A DNA stretch of 63,574 bases, the filler included, from Folioceros fuciformis (Eukaryota): NCBI GenBank assembly GCA_049999805.1. It is 22 parts of 22 records of this genome, joined end to end, with 100 filler letters (N's around TTAATTAATTAA, not from the genome) between each part and the next. Parts side by side here need not be neighbours in the genome. Positions count along the whole stretch, not along the records: positions 62,569 to 63,574 come from JBNGIO010000169.1; 21 more parts are not named here. One strand, 5' to 3'. Both the position numbers and the translations under genes were made by a program. This document shows, piece after piece, positions 62,469 to 63,574 of the stretch (positions within the stretch are counted from its first letter, which is position 1; the number at the start of each line of letters is the position of its first letter). The notes under the pieces were generated by a model. It worked only from the letters and a program-made list of their open reading frames with translations, was not told the DNA's origin and did not search any database.

Positions 62469-63233
62469 NNNNNNNNNNNNNNNNNNNNNNNNNNNNNNNN
62501 NNNNNNNNNNNNTTAATTAATTAANNNNNNNNNNNNNNNNNNNNNNNNNNNNNNNNNNNNNNNNNNNNTTTACGGCCGGAAGTGGAATATATTGAGGGCA
62601 GCCGTATTTCGTTACCCCCACTTATTCCGCATTCCCGCCGTCGTTAATTGAGTTACGCTCCAGCCTACTACCGTACTCAGTCTTTCGCATACTCTCCGCC
62701 TGCAGAACGGATCGCAGCTATGCTGAGTGTTGGCGGCATTTCTCACTTGGATGGCAGCTTTGTTCCGTTGATCCTGCTGCTGGTACTGGTCGGCGTCGCT
62801 GCCTGGGAGCAGAAAAGATTTGCCGAGAGGTGTTCGGTGCTTCAGGCAGCTGGCAGGCCAATTCTTGGCAGGGAGGAACAGCTGTGCAAGAAGATGAGGT
62901 TGTTGCATGCTCAGTTGCGGCGGCTCAGAGGATTGTCTCCCACTCCTGATGAGGAGGACTTCCGCAAGCTGTCGCCGTGTCCGGGTCTTGAGATGATTCT
63001 TGATGCTGCTGATTGTGATCCAGAGGGTAACCTGGTCTTTAGGTATGCTCCGTTCTGGAGAAGTCCTGAAGCGGAGGCGATTGCGGGATTATAACTGTTT
63101 TGCCTGCGCGCACACAGAAGTAAAGCAAGGTAGCAATTCTTTTGTGCATGCTAATCTTTCCCCCACTGTTTGTGACAAGACTAACCCTCTGGTTGTGCAG
63201 GTGCGTGCCTGTGCTGTGCAGGTTTGCAAGGAG

Positions 63234-63574
63234 TCAGGGACTTGGTTGGATGTCGAGCCCCAGACCCTTGCAGTGCGCAATGTGCCTATCTTTTGGAAGT
63301 GCCTTCGTGAGTAGGTCTGCCACGTTCTGTTCTGTGGGCACGTAGACTAGGTCAATTTCTCCGGAGGCCACTGTCTGCCTGATGTAGTGCTGTTTGACAG
63401 CTATGTGCCTGGTCCGAGAGTGATGCACAGGATTCCTGGACAAGGCTATGGCTGACTGGTTGTCGCAGTAGACAGTCGTGGCTCCTGGTTGAGGGAAGCC
63501 CACAGACGCCATAAACAGGCGGTTGTACACAGTTTCTTGAGCGGCTGCAGTGGCGGCCGTGTATTCTGCCTCGG
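63234..63574 (-). mobile_element. Ty1/copia RNase H C-terminus
   Basis: EAEY.AA, VYCDNQSAIAL..NPVHHSRTRHI.VKQHYIR, VPTEQNVADLLTKAL. Confidence 0.93.

Overview
Eukaryotic land-plant nuclear DNA; the short introns and gene/TE types suggest a seed-free plant such as a hornwort or other bryophyte (inference only). The window is not one continuous locus: it is 22 sequence pieces joined by 21 identical artificial 100-bp spacers (N44-TTAATTAATTAA-N44), so adjacency across spacers cannot be trusted. Host genes: HESO1-type small-RNA uridylyltransferase (7 exons, one GC-AG intron), a DUF599 membrane protein, a multi-domain phytocyanin/ENODL-like protein, a Pro-rich receptor-like kinase with a WAK-like kinase domain, a plant HNH endonuclease, a GT90 glycosyltransferase, the 3' end of CAS, and three exons of a class III starch-branching enzyme. 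The rest is mostly decayed Ty1/copia, Ty3/gypsy (Athila/Tat-like) and L1 elements plus minisatellites. Most notable: (1) a pseudogenised, intronless C5 DNA-methyltransferase of the retrotransposon-borne type at about 60.4-61.3 kb, (2) a fungal-type Tad1/I-group LINE, and (3) a possible multi-phytocyanin receptor kinase architecture.
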